64,000 nucleotides of DNA from Alphaproteobacteria bacterium (GCA_965205265.1 CBDBGH010000003.1:768001-832000); one strand, 5' to 3'. Shown: positions 1 through 11,111, numbered from the stretch's first letter. Notes: generated by a model not told the origin, from the sequence alone. A program made the numbers and translations.

Positions 1-19
1 TGCCGCAAGAAGGAAACGG

Positions 20-466
20 TCAGCCCGTCTCCCGCCAGCGCTCGCGCGCTGCATCGTCACCGGCGCGGGCAGTGACCCAGCGTTCGCCGTCCGCGCCCTC
101 CTCGCGCTTCCAGAAGGGCGCTTCGGTCTTGAGCCAGTCCATCAGGAAATTGCAGCTGTCGAAGGCGGCCTGGCGGTGCGCCGAGGCGGTGATCGTCAAC
201 ACGATGGGGTCGCCCGGCTCCAGCCGCCCGTAGCGGTGGACGATCAACGACGCTTCCAGCGGCCAGCGCCGGTGCGCCTCGGCGTCGATGAGTTCCAGCT
301 GGCGCTCCGTCATGCCGGGATAGTGCTCCAGCGTCATGGAGCGCAGCCCGCCCGGGTCGCGCACCAGCCCGACGAAACTGGCGACGCCGCCGATGCGCGT
401 GTTGCCGGCGGTGAGCGCGGCGATCTCGCGCCCGACATCGAAGGCTTCGCGCTGGACCCGTATCAT
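20..466 (-). CDS. moaE: Molybdopterin synthase catalytic subunit
   Basis: Starts MIRVQREAFD; contains GGVASFVGLVRD, LEHYPGMT, HRYGRL, SAHRQAAF and LKTEAPFWKRE; lies downstream of moaD. Confidence 0.95.
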   Translation of the reverse strand: MIRVQREAFDVGREIAALTAGNTRIGGVASFVGLVRDPGGLRSMTLEHYPGMTERQLELIDAEAHRRWPLEASLIVHRYGRLEPGDPIVLTITASAHRQAAFDSCNFLMDWLKTEAPFWKREEGADGERWVTARAGDDAARERWRETG

Positions 467-471
467 CCCTG

Positions 472-723
472 TCAACCTCCGGTAACGGGGGGAAAGAAGG
501 CCACCTCGTCGCCGGGGCCGACGGGCGTGTCGGCTTCGGCGAAGTCCCGGTTGACCGCGGCACGGACGACCGAGCGGTCGGCGAAGACCTCCGCCTGGCT
601 CGCGTTCTGCGCCGCCAGCCAGTCGATCAGCGCGCCGACGGTGGCGATGCCGGAGGGGGGCGAGACCTGCCATTCCGACATGCCGGCCTTGTCGCGCAAC
701 CAGGCGAAATAGAGGATCTTCAA
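472..723 (-). CDS. moaD: Molybdopterin synthase sulfur carrier subunit
   Basis: 83 aa; starts MKILYFAWLRD; C-terminal EVAFFPPVTGG. Confidence 0.97.
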   Translation of the reverse strand: MKILYFAWLRDKAGMSEWQVSPPSGIATVGALIDWLAAQNASQAEVFADRSVVRAAVNRDFAEADTPVGPGDEVAFFPPVTGG

Positions 724-1232
724 ACCTGCAACTCCAGCCGCTCGACGATGAAATCGGCGATGGCGTCCGGATCGTCAAGGTCGAGAGCCGGGAGGCCGTC
801 CGCGCGGACGCGCTCCGCGGTCTTCCCGTCGCATGCGACCGCAACCACATCGGGATCGTCCGGCCAGAGCGCCTCGGCCTCCACGGTCGCGCGGTGAACC
901 ACCAGCTTGGGATGCGGCTCGCGCTTGTAGCCCTCGACCAGCACGAGGTCCACGGGCGAGAGCCGGGCAAGCAGTTCGGCCAGCGGCGGCTCGGCCTCCC
1001 CGCGCAGCTCCCGCATCAGCGCCCAGCGCCGGCCGGACGCCACCAGCACTTCCCGGGCGCCTGCCTGCCGGTGTTCCCAGGAATCCTTGCCGGGCTTGTC
1101 CACGTCGAAATTATGGTGCGCATGCTTGACGGTGGAGACCGAAACGCCGCGCTGCCCGAGCGCCGGAATGAGCTTGAGCACGAGCGTGGTCTTGCCGCTG
1201 CCGCTCCAGCCCGCAATGCCGAGCGCCTTCAT
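720..1232 (-). CDS. mobB: Molybdopterin-guanine dinucleotide biosynthesis protein B
   Basis: GWSGSGKTT P-loop, VKHAHHNFDVDKPGKDSW, DLVLVEGYK; start ATG overlaps the pgsA stop. Confidence 0.95.
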   Translation of the reverse strand: MKALGIAGWSGSGKTTLVLKLIPALGQRGVSVSTVKHAHHNFDVDKPGKDSWEHRQAGAREVLVASGRRWALMRELRGEAEPPLAELLARLSPVDLVLVEGYKREPHPKLVVHRATVEAEALWPDDPDVVAVACDGKTAERVRADGLPALDLDDPDAIADFIVERLELQV

Positions 1233-1756
1233 CCGGCAGCGCCCAGCGCCTTGCGGACATAGCCGGCGCCTGTCCAGAGCGTGATCGCGGCGGCAACCCA
1301 GAGCAGCACGACGCCGGCTCCGTGCGTCGCCGGGGGCAGACCGGGGCTGGCGATCAGCAGGGTCAGCGCCGCCATCTGCGCCGCCGACTTGTATTTCGCG
1401 ACGCGGGTGACCGGCAGCGCGCCGGCGCCCGCCGCCTCGCGCAGGCCGGAAACGACGAATTCGCGCACCAGGATGAGCGCGGCGGCGAGCGTGCCCCAAA
1501 CCCCGAGCCCGCCAAGCCCGGCCAGCAGCAGCGCCGTGCCGTTGACCAACACCTTGTCGGCGATCGGGTCGATGGTTGCGCCGAAGGCGGTCGTTTTGCC
1601 CTGCTGCCGGGCGATGTAGCCGTCGAGCAGGTCGGTTGCGGCTGCGGCGACGAAGAGCGCCGCCGCCCACCAGCTCTCGCCCGTGGCGAGCAGGATCGCG
1701 AGCGGCACAAGGGCTGCGATGCGCGAGAGGCTCAACAGGTTCGGCAGGCTAGGCAT
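1229..1756 (-). CDS. pgsA: CDP-diacylglycerol--glycerol-3-phosphate 3-phosphatidyltransferase
   Basis: PNLLSLSR; DLLDGYIAR...GATIDPIADK CDP-alcohol phosphatidyltransferase motif; REFVVSGLRE. Confidence 0.93.
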   Translation of the reverse strand: MPSLPNLLSLSRIAALVPLAILLATGESWWAAALFVAAAATDLLDGYIARQQGKTTAFGATIDPIADKVLVNGTALLLAGLGGLGVWGTLAAALILVREFVVSGLREAAGAGALPVTRVAKYKSAAQMAALTLLIASPGLPPATHGAGVVLLWVAAAITLWTGAGYVRKALGAAG

Positions 1757-1925
1757 GGGTCACGGAATCGGCGCCCGGATACGCGCACCGAGTATGCGCC
1801 CGCTACCCGCTTCGACGCAAGGACAAGCGGGGGTTGCGGCCAGGGCAATCGCTTTTGGAGATTTGCGAGCAGGGCGCATGACCGGGATTCAACCGGGTTT
1901 CGAGGGGGCCGGTCATATCCCCATC

Positions 1926-2015
1926 CCGTCATACCCGGACTTGTTCCGGGTATCCATACGGCCGCCCGGCGGAGCCGCTTGAGAGAGATACCCGGAACAA
2001 GTCCGGGTATGACGG
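1926..2015. repeat. Palindromic intergenic element (REP/RPE-like) with perfect 29-bp inverted arms
   Basis: CCGTCATACCCGGACTTGTTCCGGGTATC (1926-1954) is the exact reverse complement of 1987-2015; each arm also forms its own hairpin. Confidence 0.85.
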
Positions 2016-2020
2016 AGGAG

Positions 2021-2043
2021 CCTGTCCTGAGCTTGTCGAAGGG
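2021..2043. repeat. Half-copy of a second dispersed palindromic repeat type (CCTGTCCTGAGCTTGTCGAAGGG)
   Basis: Resembles the GTCCTGAGCTTGTCGAAGG intergenic repeat recalled from other alphaproteobacteria; abuts the first element; no partner arm seen. Confidence 0.5.
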
Positions 2044-2111
2044 GGCGTTCGGGCATGACAAATCCGAAAGCGATTGCCCTGGGGTTGCGGCCGATCCGGG
2101 CGGACGGGGCT

Positions 2112-3122
2112 CTAAAGATGCGGGATCACATCCCGGCCGAAGCGTTCTATGGCTGTCACGATCTCACGGTGCGGCGGGCCGCCGGAATGGGCGTGCCGGA
2201 GCCGCAGGATGAAGCTGTTCACGCCGAGGGCGTCCGACCAGCGCCTGAACTCGGCGATGCAGGTTTCCGGCGCGCCGGCGATGATCCGGTCCTTCCAGAT
2301 ATTCTCGAACCGGAGTTCGGCTTCCGATGCGAAGCCGCGAAAGGCGGTAGCGCCGTTGCGCCAGTAATAGCCATAGGCGGCGGAAACTTCCGGGCCGTAG
2401 ATGCGGGCCGCCTGCTCGAAGCTGTCCGCGACCCAGGCATCGCGCATGAGCACGAGCTGCGGCGCCCTTCCGGCGGCTTCTGCGGCGGCGCGGTAACGAT
2501 CCGCCAGAGCCCGGTTCTCCTCCAGCGTGAAGGAGGGGCCCAGAACCAGCGCATCGCCCAGCCGCCCGGCGCGCTCGACGGCCGCCGGCACCCATCCTCC
2601 GACCCAGATCGGTATACCCGGCTTCTGCAATGGGGGCGGCGTCACGCGCACGCCGTCGATCTCGAAGGACCGGCCGCGGTGCCGGACCGGCTCGCCGGTC
2701 CAGGCCTGGCGCAGGATTGCCACGGATTCCTCGAAGCGGGGCACCCGCTCGCGCCTGTCGATGCCGGCCGCGCGGAAATCCGCATCCTGGTAGCCGAGGC
2801 CGACGCCGAGAACGGTCCGCCCTCCGGAGACGATGTCGAGCACCGCTGCATCCTCGGCGACCCGGACCGGGTGGTGCAGGGGGAGCAGCAGCACGGCGGT
2901 CCCGACCCGGATGCGGCGGGTGCGCGCCGCAATGGCCGCCAATACCACGAAAGGCGAGGGCAGGAAGCCGTCCTTGTCCTGATGATGCTCTCCGACGAAG
3001 AAGCCGGCGAACCCGGCCGCTTCCGCCGCCTCCGCTTCCTGCACAGCCTCCGCCATGCAGCGGTCGAGGTTGTCGCCGCGGGGCGGATTGGCGATGGAAC
3101 TGTAAATCGAGAGCTCGATCAT
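2112..3122 (-). CDS. LLM-class flavin-dependent oxidoreductase (luciferase-like)
   Basis: VGEHHQ, PSPFVVLAAIAART, HPVRVAEDAAVLDIVSGGR, GVGLGY. Confidence 0.9.
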   Translation of the reverse strand: MIELSIYSSIANPPRGDNLDRCMAEAVQEAEAAEAAGFAGFFVGEHHQDKDGFLPSPFVVLAAIAARTRRIRVGTAVLLLPLHHPVRVAEDAAVLDIVSGGRTVLGVGLGYQDADFRAAGIDRRERVPRFEESVAILRQAWTGEPVRHRGRSFEIDGVRVTPPPLQKPGIPIWVGGWVPAAVERAGRLGDALVLGPSFTLEENRALADRYRAAAEAAGRAPQLVLMRDAWVADSFEQAARIYGPEVSAAYGYYWRNGATAFRGFASEAELRFENIWKDRIIAGAPETCIAEFRRWSDALGVNSFILRLRHAHSGGPPHREIVTAIERFGRDVIPHL

Positions 3123-3260
3123 GCGGACATTTTCCTGAAAATCGCTGCAGGACAAAAGCGTGGGGGAGGGAAGCACGAATCGCGCGGGCCGGCCAGAAAA
3201 TCGCGGGCGGGCGCGTCTCCGGATTGACCCGGCGGGCGCATCGTGTTTCCTTGCCGCATC

Positions 3261-3584
3261 ATGTCGACACGTAGCGAAACGCAGCGTCTGTTGAAGCTGG
3301 CGGTCGGTCCGGTGGCGGCTGCCTGCGTTGCCGTTTATTTCGGTTACCACGCCCTGGTGGGGGAGCATGGCGCGTTGTCGCTGATGGAGATCGAGCGCCG
3401 GATTACCGAGGTCCAGGCCCGGCACGATGTACTCGTGCAGCATCGCGACCGCCTTGAGTTGCGCGCCGCCCAGCTCAAGCAGGACCCGGCCGATGCCGAC
3501 CTGCTCGACGAATATGTCCGCGCCCTGCTGCATGTGGGGCGGCCGGACGAAATCGTCATCCTGCTGGATACGGAAACAGGGTGA
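3261..3584 (+). CDS. ftsB: Septum formation initiator, FtsB/DivIC family
   Basis: N-terminal TM helix, YHALVGEHG, coiled coil, DLLDEYVR..L...RPDEIVI; usual position upstream of pdhA. Confidence 0.85.
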   Translation: MSTRSETQRLLKLAVGPVAAACVAVYFGYHALVGEHGALSLMEIERRITEVQARHDVLVQHRDRLELRAAQLKQDPADADLLDEYVRALLHVGRPDEIVILLDTETG

Positions 3585-3612
3585 ACGGGTTCCTGGAACG
3601 CGGAGGCCGGAC

Positions 3613-4644
3613 ATGAGCAGGCAGCCGTCGAAGAAGCGGGGCCGCGCATCGGCGAAGAGGAACGGGCGCGCCAACGGCGCCGCGCCGGATTCCGGCCGGC
3701 TGCTGCGCTGGTATCGGGACATGCTGCTGATCCGCCGCTTCGAGGAGCGGGCGGGGCAGATGTACGGCATGGGCCTGATCGGCGGCTTCTGCCACCTCTA
3801 TATCGGCCAGGAGGCGGTCGTCGTCGGCATTCAGGCCTGTCTCGGCGAGCGGGATTCCGTCGTCACCGGCTACCGGGACCACGGCCACATGCTGGCGGCG
3901 GGCATGGATGCGCGCGGCGTCATGGCTGAACTCACCGGCCGCGAGGGCGGCTATTCGCGCGGCAAGGGCGGCTCCATGCACATGTTCTCGCGGGAGAAGA
4001 ACTTCTTCGGCGGGCACGGTATCGTCGCTGCGCAGGTGCCCATCGGCGTCGGCCTCGGCTTCTCGCATCGCTACAGGGGCGAGGACGGCGTGTCGGTCGT
4101 CTATTTCGGCGACGGCGCGGCCAACCAGGGGCAGGTCTATGAGTCGCTCAATCTCGCTGCGCTCTGGGAACTCCCGGTGCTGTTCGTGATCGAAAACAAC
4201 AAATACGGCATGGGCACGGCGGTCTCGCGGGCGGCGGCCGGGTCCGGCCTCCACGCGCGGGGCAGCGGCTTCGGGATTCCGGGCAGGCTGGTGGACGGTA
4301 TGGATGTGCGCGCCGTCCATGCGGCCGCGAGCGAAGCGGTGGCCGAGGCGCGCAGCGGCAAGCCGGTCATTCTGGAGATGGAGACCTACCGCTATCGCGG
4401 GCATTCCATGTCGGACCCGGCGAAATACCGCACGCGCGAAGAGGTCAACCGGATGCGCCGCGACCGCGACCCCATCGAGAGGCTGCGCCATGTGCTGGAG
4501 AGCGAGGGCCATGCGGACGCCGATGCGCTGAAGGCCATCGACGCGGAGATCAGGGAGGTCGTCGCCGACGCCGCGCGGTTCGCCGAAGAGAGCCCGGAAC
4601 CGGACCCCTCCGAACTGCATACCGACGTTCTTCTGGAGGCATGA
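3613..4644 (+). CDS. pdhA: Pyruvate dehydrogenase E1 alpha subunit
   Basis: [11 protein letters not shown]; [12 protein letters not shown] motif; [12 protein letters not shown]. Confidence 0.97.
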   Translation: MSRQPSKKRGRASAKRNGRANGAAPDSGRLLRWYRDMLLIRRFEERAGQMYGMGLIGGFCHLYIGQEAVVVGIQACLGERDSVVTGYRDHGHMLAAGMDARGVMAELTGREGGYSRGKGGSMHMFSREKNFFGGHGIVAAQVPIGVGLGFSHRYRGEDGVSVVYFGDGAANQGQVYESLNLAALWELPVLFVIENNKYGMGTAVSRAAAGSGLHARGSGFGIPGRLVDGMDVRAVHAAASEAVAEARSGKPVILEMETYRYRGHSMSDPAKYRTREEVNRMRRDRDPIERLRHVLESEGHADADALKAIDAEIREVVADAARFAEESPEPDPSELHTDVLLEA

Positions 4645-4648
4645 CGCG

Positions 4649-6019
4649 ATGCCTGTCGCCGTGACCATGCCGGCGCTTTCGCCGACCATGACGGAAGGGA
4701 CGCTCGCCAAATGGCTGGTCGCCGAGGGCGACCGGGTCAGCCCGGGCGATGTGATCGCCGAGATCGAGACCGACAAGGCGACCATGGAAGTCGAGGCCGT
4801 TGACGAGGGCATTGTCGCCAGCCTCGCCGTTCCTGAGGGCGCGGAAGGCATAGAGGTCAACGCCACGATCCTGTGGCTCAGAGGCGAAGGCGAAAGCGCG
4901 GACGCCGTGCCGGTTGCCGAGCCGCCTCCTCCGGTTGCGGAGCCGCCGCCTGCGGTCGTGAAGGCGCCGCCCGCTGCTCCGGCCCGACCGAAGCCGGAAG
5001 CGGCGAAGCCCGCGCCGGAGCCGGACTATCGGGGCGAGACGGTGGAGATGACCGTGCGCGAGGCGCTCCGGGACGCGATGGCGGAGGAAATGCGCCGCGA
5101 CGAGACGGTCTTCGTCATGGGCGAGGAAGTCGCGGAATATGAAGGCGCCTACAAGGTGACGCAGGGCCTGCTTGCCGAGTTCGGGCCCCGCCGGGTCCGC
5201 GACACGCCGATTACCGAGCATGGCTTCGCGGGGCTCGGCGTCGGCGCGGCCTTCGGCGGGCTGCGGCCCGTGGTCGAGTTCATGACCTTCAACTTCGCCA
5301 TGCAGGCCATAGACCAGATCGTCAACTCCGCCGCCAAGACGCTTTACATGTCGGGCGGCCAGATGGGCTGCCCGATCGTTTTCCGGGGGCCGAACGGGGC
5401 GGCCTCGCGCGTCGCCGCGCAGCATTCGCAATGCTATGCCAGCTGGTATGCGCATGTGCCCGGCATGATCGTGGTCTCGCCGTTTTCGGCCGCGGATGCG
5501 AAGGGCCTGCTCAAGGCGGCGATCCGGAATCCGAACCCGGTCATCTTCCTGGAAAACGAGATTCTCTACGGCCAGCGCGGCGAGGTGCCGAGCGATGCCG
5601 ACTACACCGTGCCCATCGGCCGCGCGAAAGTGCTGCGGCCCGGCCGGGACGTGACCATTGTGGCCTTCTCACGCATGTGCGCCACGGCGCTCGAAGCGGC
5701 CGGCACGCTGGCGGGCGAGGGGATCGAGGCCGAGGTGATCGACCTTCGCACGCTGCGCCCGCTCGACCGGGAGGCCATCGCGGCATCGGTCCGCAAGACG
5801 AACCGCATCGTTTCCGTGGAGGAGGGCTGGCCCGTGGCCGGCATCGGCTCGGAGATCGCGGCGATTGCGATGGAAGACGCCTTCGACTGGCTGGACGCGC
5901 CGGTCGTGCGCGTGGCCGGGGAAGACGTGCCGATGCCCTATGCCGCCAATCTCGAAGCGCTGGCCCTGCCGGACGCGGCGCGCATTGCCGCTGCGGCGCG
6001 GGCCGTCTGCTACGCCTGA
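4649..6019 (+). CDS. pdhB: Pyruvate dehydrogenase E1 beta subunit with N-terminal lipoyl domain
   Basis: ETDKATME lipoyl motif; [31 protein letters not shown]. Confidence 0.97.
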   Translation: MPVAVTMPALSPTMTEGTLAKWLVAEGDRVSPGDVIAEIETDKATMEVEAVDEGIVASLAVPEGAEGIEVNATILWLRGEGESADAVPVAEPPPPVAEPPPAVVKAPPAAPARPKPEAAKPAPEPDYRGETVEMTVREALRDAMAEEMRRDETVFVMGEEVAEYEGAYKVTQGLLAEFGPRRVRDTPITEHGFAGLGVGAAFGGLRPVVEFMTFNFAMQAIDQIVNSAAKTLYMSGGQMGCPIVFRGPNGAASRVAAQHSQCYASWYAHVPGMIVVSPFSAADAKGLLKAAIRNPNPVIFLENEILYGQRGEVPSDADYTVPIGRAKVLRPGRDVTIVAFSRMCATALEAAGTLAGEGIEAEVIDLRTLRPLDREAIAASVRKTNRIVSVEEGWPVAGIGSEIAAIAMEDAFDWLDAPVVRVAGEDVPMPYAANLEALALPDAARIAAAARAVCYA

Positions 6020-6033
6020 GGGGACCGTTCGGG

Positions 6034-7401
6034 ATGGCGACCGAGATTCTTATGCCGGCTTTGTCGCCGACGATGACGGAGGGCAATCTCGTCAAGTGGC
6101 TGGTGGGCCGGGGCGACAGGGTGGAGCCGGGCGACGTGATCGCCGAGATCGAGACCGACAAGGCGACGATGGAAGTCGAAGCGGTCGATGAAGGCGTTGT
6201 CGGGCGCATCGTGGTGCCGGAAGGCAGCGAAGGCGTCGCTGTCAACGCGGTGATCGCCGTGCTTGTGGAAGAGGGCGAGGAACTGGGCGAAGAAACGGCC
6301 GCGCCACCCTCCGCGCCGGCCGCTCCGCCGCCCGAAGCCGAGGCGCTTCCGGCCGCGCCGGAGCAGGAGGCGGGCCGAGAGGCGAAGGCGACGCCGCTTG
6401 CGCGGCGCATGGCCGCTCTTGCCGGCATCGACCTCGCGGCGATTGCCGGCAGCGGCGCGCATGGGCGGATCACGCGCGACGATGTGCGCCGGGCCGCTGG
6501 CCGGACGGCCCCGGCCGAAGTCGATGAGGGCCGCGAGCGCATTTTCGCGAGCCCGCTGGCGCGGCGGATGGCGGGCGAGGCGGAGCTTCCCCTGCAAGAT
6601 GTGGCCGGCAGCGGCCCCGAGGGCCGGATCGTCAAGCGGGACATCGAGCGCGAACTACGGCAGGGCGCGGCGGCGCCTTCGGCCCCGGCGGACCCGGAGC
6701 AGTTGCCGGGCCTGCCGCCCTTCGAGCGCGTCAGGCACTCGAACATGCGCAAGGTCATCGCGCGCCGGCTGACCGAGTCCAAGCAGACGGTCCCGCATTT
6801 CTACCTGACGGTGGATTGCGAGATCGACGCGCTGCTGGAGGCGCGCCGGGAGATCAATCTGCGCGCGCCGGAAGGCGTCAAGGTCTCGGTCAACGATTTC
6901 GTCGTCAAGGCGCTGGCGACCGCGCTTTGCCGCGTGCCGGACGCCAATGCCGCCTGGACCGAGGACGGCTTGTTGAAATTCCAGCAGGTCGATGTATCGG
7001 TGGCCGTCGCGGTGCCGAACGGGCTGGTGACGCCGGTCGTGCGCCAGGCGGAGGCGAAGGGGCTCGCCGAGATTTCCATCGAGATGGCGGACTTCGCCGC
7101 CCGCGCCCGCGAGGGCAAGCTGATGCCGGAGGAATACCAAGGCGGCACCACCAGCGTCTCCAATCTCGGCATGTTCGGCATCCGCCAGTTCGACGCCGTC
7201 ATCAATCCGCCCCAGGGGACAATCCTGGCGGTCGGCGCCGGAGAGCAGCGGCCGGTCGTGAAGAAGGGCGCGCTGGCGGTGGCCACGGTGATGAGCTGCA
7301 CGCTTTCCTGCGACCACCGCGCTGTGGACGGCGCGCTCGGCGCCCGGCTGCTGGGCGTTTTCAAGGCGCTGGTCGAATGCCCGGCGGCGATGTTGCTGTA
7401 G
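6034..7401 (+). CDS. pdhC: Dihydrolipoamide acetyltransferase E2
   Basis: Lipoyl domain (ETDKATME), two subunit-binding repeats, catalytic DHRAVDG. Confidence 0.96.
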   Translation: MATEILMPALSPTMTEGNLVKWLVGRGDRVEPGDVIAEIETDKATMEVEAVDEGVVGRIVVPEGSEGVAVNAVIAVLVEEGEELGEETAAPPSAPAAPPPEAEALPAAPEQEAGREAKATPLARRMAALAGIDLAAIAGSGAHGRITRDDVRRAAGRTAPAEVDEGRERIFASPLARRMAGEAELPLQDVAGSGPEGRIVKRDIERELRQGAAAPSAPADPEQLPGLPPFERVRHSNMRKVIARRLTESKQTVPHFYLTVDCEIDALLEARREINLRAPEGVKVSVNDFVVKALATALCRVPDANAAWTEDGLLKFQQVDVSVAVAVPNGLVTPVVRQAEAKGLAEISIEMADFAARAREGKLMPEEYQGGTTSVSNLGMFGIRQFDAVINPPQGTILAVGAGEQRPVVKKGALAVATVMSCTLSCDHRAVDGALGARLLGVFKALVECPAAMLL

Positions 7402-7419
7402 CCGGCCCGGAGTAAGGCA

Positions 7420-8811
7420 ATGGCCGACAAACAATTCGATCTCGTCGTCGTCGGCGGCGGACCGGGCGGCTATGTTGCGGCGATTCGGGCCGCGCAGCTC
7501 GGCATGAACGCAGCGCTGGTCGAGCGCGAGCATCTGGGCGGCATCTGCCTCAATTGGGGCTGCATCCCGACCAAGGCCCTGTTGCGCAGCTCGGAGATCA
7601 ACCACCTGCTGCACAATCTCGGCGACTACGGCTTCAGCGCGGGCGATGTTTCCTTCGACCTCGGCCGGATCGTGAAGCGCTCCCGGAAAGTGGCCGGGCA
7701 GCTGTCGCGCGGCGTCAGCCACCTGCTGAGGAAGAACAAGGTGACCGTCATCGACGGCGCGGGCCGGCTGGCGGGACGCGGGCGCGTCGCTGTCGAGAAG
7801 GACGGGCAGGAAGTCGATGCGCTCGCCGCGCCCCATATCATCCTTGCGACGGGCGCGCGCGCGCGGTCCCTGCCGAACCTGGAACCGGACGGCAAGACGG
7901 TCTGGAGCTACAAGGAGGCGATGGTGCCCGACTCTGTGCCGGAAAGCCTGCTTGTGGTCGGCTCGGGCGCCATCGGCATCGAGTTCGCGAGCTTCTACGG
8001 CAATCTCGGCGTGCCGGTGACGGTCGTCGAGGTGCTCGACCGCATCCTGCCGGCGGAGGACCCGGAAATCTCGGACTTCGCGCTGAAGGCCTTCCGGAAG
8101 CAGGGCATGACCCTGATGACGGGCGCGAGGGTCACGGAGGTCGCGGACGGCAAGGCGTCCGTGCAGGCGGCCGACGGCGGGACGGTGACGGTGGATGCCG
8201 GGACGGTGATTCTGGCGGTCGGCATAACGGGCAATGTCGAGGATCTGGGCCTTGAGGACACGGGCGTCGAGGTTGAGGCCGGCCATGTCGTCACCGATGA
8301 ATGGCTCCGGACCGGCGAGCCCGGCGTCTATGCCATCGGCGATCTTGTGGGCCCGCCCTGGCTCGCCCACAAGGCCAGCCATGAGGGCGTGCTCTGCGTC
8401 GAAAAGATCGCCGGGCTTGAGGGGCTGCACCCGCTCGATCCCGGCGCGATCCCGGGTTGCACCTATTGCCGCCCGCAGGTCGCCAGCATCGGCTATACTG
8501 AGCCGGCCGCGAAGGAGGCCGGCTACGAGGTCCGCGTCGGGCGGTTCCCCTATGTCGGCAACGGCAAGGCGATTGCGCTCGGCGAGCCCGAGGGCCTCAT
8601 CAAGACCGTGTTCGACGCGGCGACGGGAGAGTTGCTGGGGGCGCATATGATCGGCGCCGAGGTGACGGAGCTCATTCAGGGATATGCCATCGCCCGCAAT
8701 CTGGAGGCGACGGAAGCGGAACTGATGCATACCGTCTTTCCGCATCCGACCCTTTCCGAGGCGATGCACGAATCGGTGTTGGACGCTTATGGACGCGCCA
8801 TCCACTTCTGA
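7420..8811 (+). CDS. lpdA: Dihydrolipoyl dehydrogenase E3
   Basis: [27 protein letters not shown]. Confidence 0.97.
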   Translation: MADKQFDLVVVGGGPGGYVAAIRAAQLGMNAALVEREHLGGICLNWGCIPTKALLRSSEINHLLHNLGDYGFSAGDVSFDLGRIVKRSRKVAGQLSRGVSHLLRKNKVTVIDGAGRLAGRGRVAVEKDGQEVDALAAPHIILATGARARSLPNLEPDGKTVWSYKEAMVPDSVPESLLVVGSGAIGIEFASFYGNLGVPVTVVEVLDRILPAEDPEISDFALKAFRKQGMTLMTGARVTEVADGKASVQAADGGTVTVDAGTVILAVGITGNVEDLGLEDTGVEVEAGHVVTDEWLRTGEPGVYAIGDLVGPPWLAHKASHEGVLCVEKIAGLEGLHPLDPGAIPGCTYCRPQVASIGYTEPAAKEAGYEVRVGRFPYVGNGKAIALGEPEGLIKTVFDAATGELLGAHMIGAEVTELIQGYAIARNLEATEAELMHTVFPHPTLSEAMHESVLDAYGRAIHF

Positions 8812-9760
8812 TCGGGCGACCGCCCGCTCGCGGACCGGCGGCGCCGCGCGGCCCTTCCGGCATCCGGAAAAGCGCCTGCGCCCGGACAATCCGAGCCCGC
8901 GCAAGCCGCCCTGGATTCGCGTCAGGGCGCCGACTTCGGAGGCCTATGCGGAAACGCGCCGCATCGTGCGCGAACACGGCCTCGCGACGGTGTGCGAGGA
9001 AGCCGGCTGCCCGAATATCGGCGAGTGCTGGGCCGAACGCCACGCAACCATGATGATCATGGGCGAGATCTGCACCCGCGCCTGCGCCTTCTGCAATGTC
9101 GCGACCGGCAGGCCCGGCGCGCTCGACCGCGGCGAGCCCGAGAATGTGGGCAAGGCGGTGGCGAAGCTGGGCTTGGCGCATGTGGTCATCACCTCCGTGG
9201 ACCGCGACGACCTCGACGACGGCGGCGCGGCGCATTTCGCCGAGACGGTCGGATGGATCCGCAGCTATGCGCCCGGCACGACCGTGGAATTGCTCACGCC
9301 CGATTTCCTGAGAAAGCCGGGCGCGCTGGAGACCGTGGTCGCCGCGAAGCCGGATGTCTTCAACCACAATCTCGAAACCGTGCCGGGCCTCTACAGCGCC
9401 GTCAGGCCGGGCGCGCGCTACTACCACAGCGTCCGGCTGCTGGAGCGCGCCAAGGAGCTGGACCCCGCCCTGTTCACCAAGTCCGGCATGATGGTCGGCC
9501 TCGGAGAAACCCGCGAACAGGTCGCGCAGGTGATGGACGACCTGCGCTGCGCGGACGTGGATTTCCTCACCATCGGGCAGTATCTCCAGCCGACGCCGAA
9601 GCATCACAGGGTGGACCGTTTCGTGACGCCGGAGGAGTTCGAGGCCTATGCGGCAATGGCAAGGGCCAAGGGTTTCCTGCTGGTCTCGGCCTCGCCGCTG
9701 ACGCGGTCCTCCTACCATGCCGACAGCGATTTCGCGAAGCTGAAGGCCGCGCGCGGCTGA
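8789..9760 (+). CDS. lipA: Lipoyl synthase
   Basis: [12 protein letters not shown] and CTRACAFC cluster motifs; RSSYHA. Confidence 0.97.
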   Translation: MDAPSTSDRATARSRTGGAARPFRHPEKRLRPDNPSPRKPPWIRVRAPTSEAYAETRRIVREHGLATVCEEAGCPNIGECWAERHATMMIMGEICTRACAFCNVATGRPGALDRGEPENVGKAVAKLGLAHVVITSVDRDDLDDGGAAHFAETVGWIRSYAPGTTVELLTPDFLRKPGALETVVAAKPDVFNHNLETVPGLYSAVRPGARYYHSVRLLERAKELDPALFTKSGMMVGLGETREQVAQVMDDLRCADVDFLTIGQYLQPTPKHHRVDRFVTPEEFEAYAAMARAKGFLLVSASPLTRSSYHADSDFAKLKAARG

Positions 9761-10245
9761 TGCCGAGCCACCGCGAACGGCGGTTCGTGCCCTATGCGCC
9801 GGACCGGATGTTCGCCCTCGTTGCGGATATCGAGCGTTACCCAGAGTTCATTCCCTGGTGCGCCGGGGCGCGCATCCGCCAGCGGGAGGGGGCGCTTGTC
9901 GTCGCCGACCTCCGGGTGCGTTTCGGCCCCTTTCGCGAGAGCTTTACCTCCCGCGTCTCGCTGACGCCGCCGGAACGCATCGACGTCGCCTATGCGCACG
10001 GGCCGCTCTCGCACATGGCGACGCATTGGCGTTTCACGCCCGCCGAGGGCGGAACCGTGATCGACTTCAGCATCGACTGCGATTTCCGCTCGGCGCTGCT
10101 GCGGGGTCTGGCGAGCCGGTTCTTCCATGAGGCCGCAAAGCGGATGGCGCAAGCCTTCGAGGCGCGGGCGCACAAGCTCTACGGCGACGAGGCGGGACCG
10201 CGCGGCGAACGGCCCAGCGGGCAGGGGAGAGGGAAAACAGCATGA
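9760..10245 (+). CDS. ratA: RatA/Coq10 START-domain protein
   Basis: MFALVADIERYPEFIPWC...AFEARAHKLYG; TGATG overlap with lipA. Confidence 0.88.
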   Translation: MPSHRERRFVPYAPDRMFALVADIERYPEFIPWCAGARIRQREGALVVADLRVRFGPFRESFTSRVSLTPPERIDVAYAHGPLSHMATHWRFTPAEGGTVIDFSIDCDFRSALLRGLASRFFHEAAKRMAQAFEARAHKLYGDEAGPRGERPSGQGRGKTA

Positions 10246-11111
10246 AAATCGGCGTGGCATTTCCGACTACGGAAATCGGGACGGACCCGGCGGTTATCCG
10301 CGGGTTCGCGCAGGAGGTGGAGGCGCTCGGCTACGACCATCTCACCTGCATCGACCATGTGGTGCAGGAGGTCTCGAACGGCGCGGAGGACTGGCGGGCC
10401 TATTACACGCTCGACAACATGTTCCACGAGCCCCTGACCCTGTTCGGCTTCCTGGCCTGCGCCACGGAACGGATCGAGCTTGCAACCGCGATTCTCATCC
10501 TCCCGCAGCGGCAAACGGCGCTGGTCGCCAAGCAGGCAGCGGAAATAGACCTCCTGTCCGCCGGCAGGTTGCGCCTCGGCGTCGGCATCGGCTGGAACGC
10601 CATGGAATTCGAGGTGCTGGGGCAGTCCTTCCGAAACCGCGCCCGGCGGATGGAGGAGCAAATCGCCTATATGCGCCGGCTGTGGACCGAGCCGTCCGGC
10701 AGTTTCTCCGGCGAATGGCACGAGCATCGGGACGCCGGCATCGCCCCGCTGCCGCTTCAGCGCCCGATTCCGCTCTGGATCGGGGCGTTCCAGGACCCGG
10801 CGATCGAACGCGCGGGGCGTCTCGGCGACGGCTGGTTCGCCAATCCGCGGGTGCCGCCCGGCAATGAGATGGCTCGCCAGATCGCGCTGGCGCGGGGCGC
10901 GGCCGAGAAGGCCGGGCGCGACCCGGCCGCGCTCGGCATCGACGGGACCATCCATATCGGCGAGCGCACGCCGGAAGACGCGGCAAGCGAGCTTTCGCGC
11001 TGGGAAACGCTGGGCGTCAGCCATGTGACCGTGCGCACGATGTATTCCGGCTTCGAGACGCCCGCGGAGCACCTGGACGCGCTCAGGCGCTTCAGGAAGG
11101 CGATGGGCTGA
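10242..11111 (+). CDS. LLM-class oxidoreductase, probable F420-dependent subfamily
   Basis: [54 protein letters not shown]. Confidence 0.85.
   Translation: MKIGVAFPTTEIGTDPAVIRGFAQEVEALGYDHLTCIDHVVQEVSNGAEDWRAYYTLDNMFHEPLTLFGFLACATERIELATAILILPQRQTALVAKQAAEIDLLSAGRLRLGVGIGWNAMEFEVLGQSFRNRARRMEEQIAYMRRLWTEPSGSFSGEWHEHRDAGIAPLPLQRPIPLWIGAFQDPAIERAGRLGDGWFANPRVPPGNEMARQIALARGAAEKAGRDPAALGIDGTIHIGERTPEDAASELSRWETLGVSHVTVRTMYSGFETPAEHLDALRRFRKAMG

Noticed and set aside
4649-4900. Near-duplicate sequence at the starts of pdhB and pdhC
   Set aside because: Homologous lipoyl domains, normal for alphaproteobacterial PDH.
9760-10245. RatA as part of a toxin-antitoxin or defence locus
   Set aside because: lipA-ratA is a conserved housekeeping arrangement (Coq10-like protein), and no partner antitoxin gene follows.
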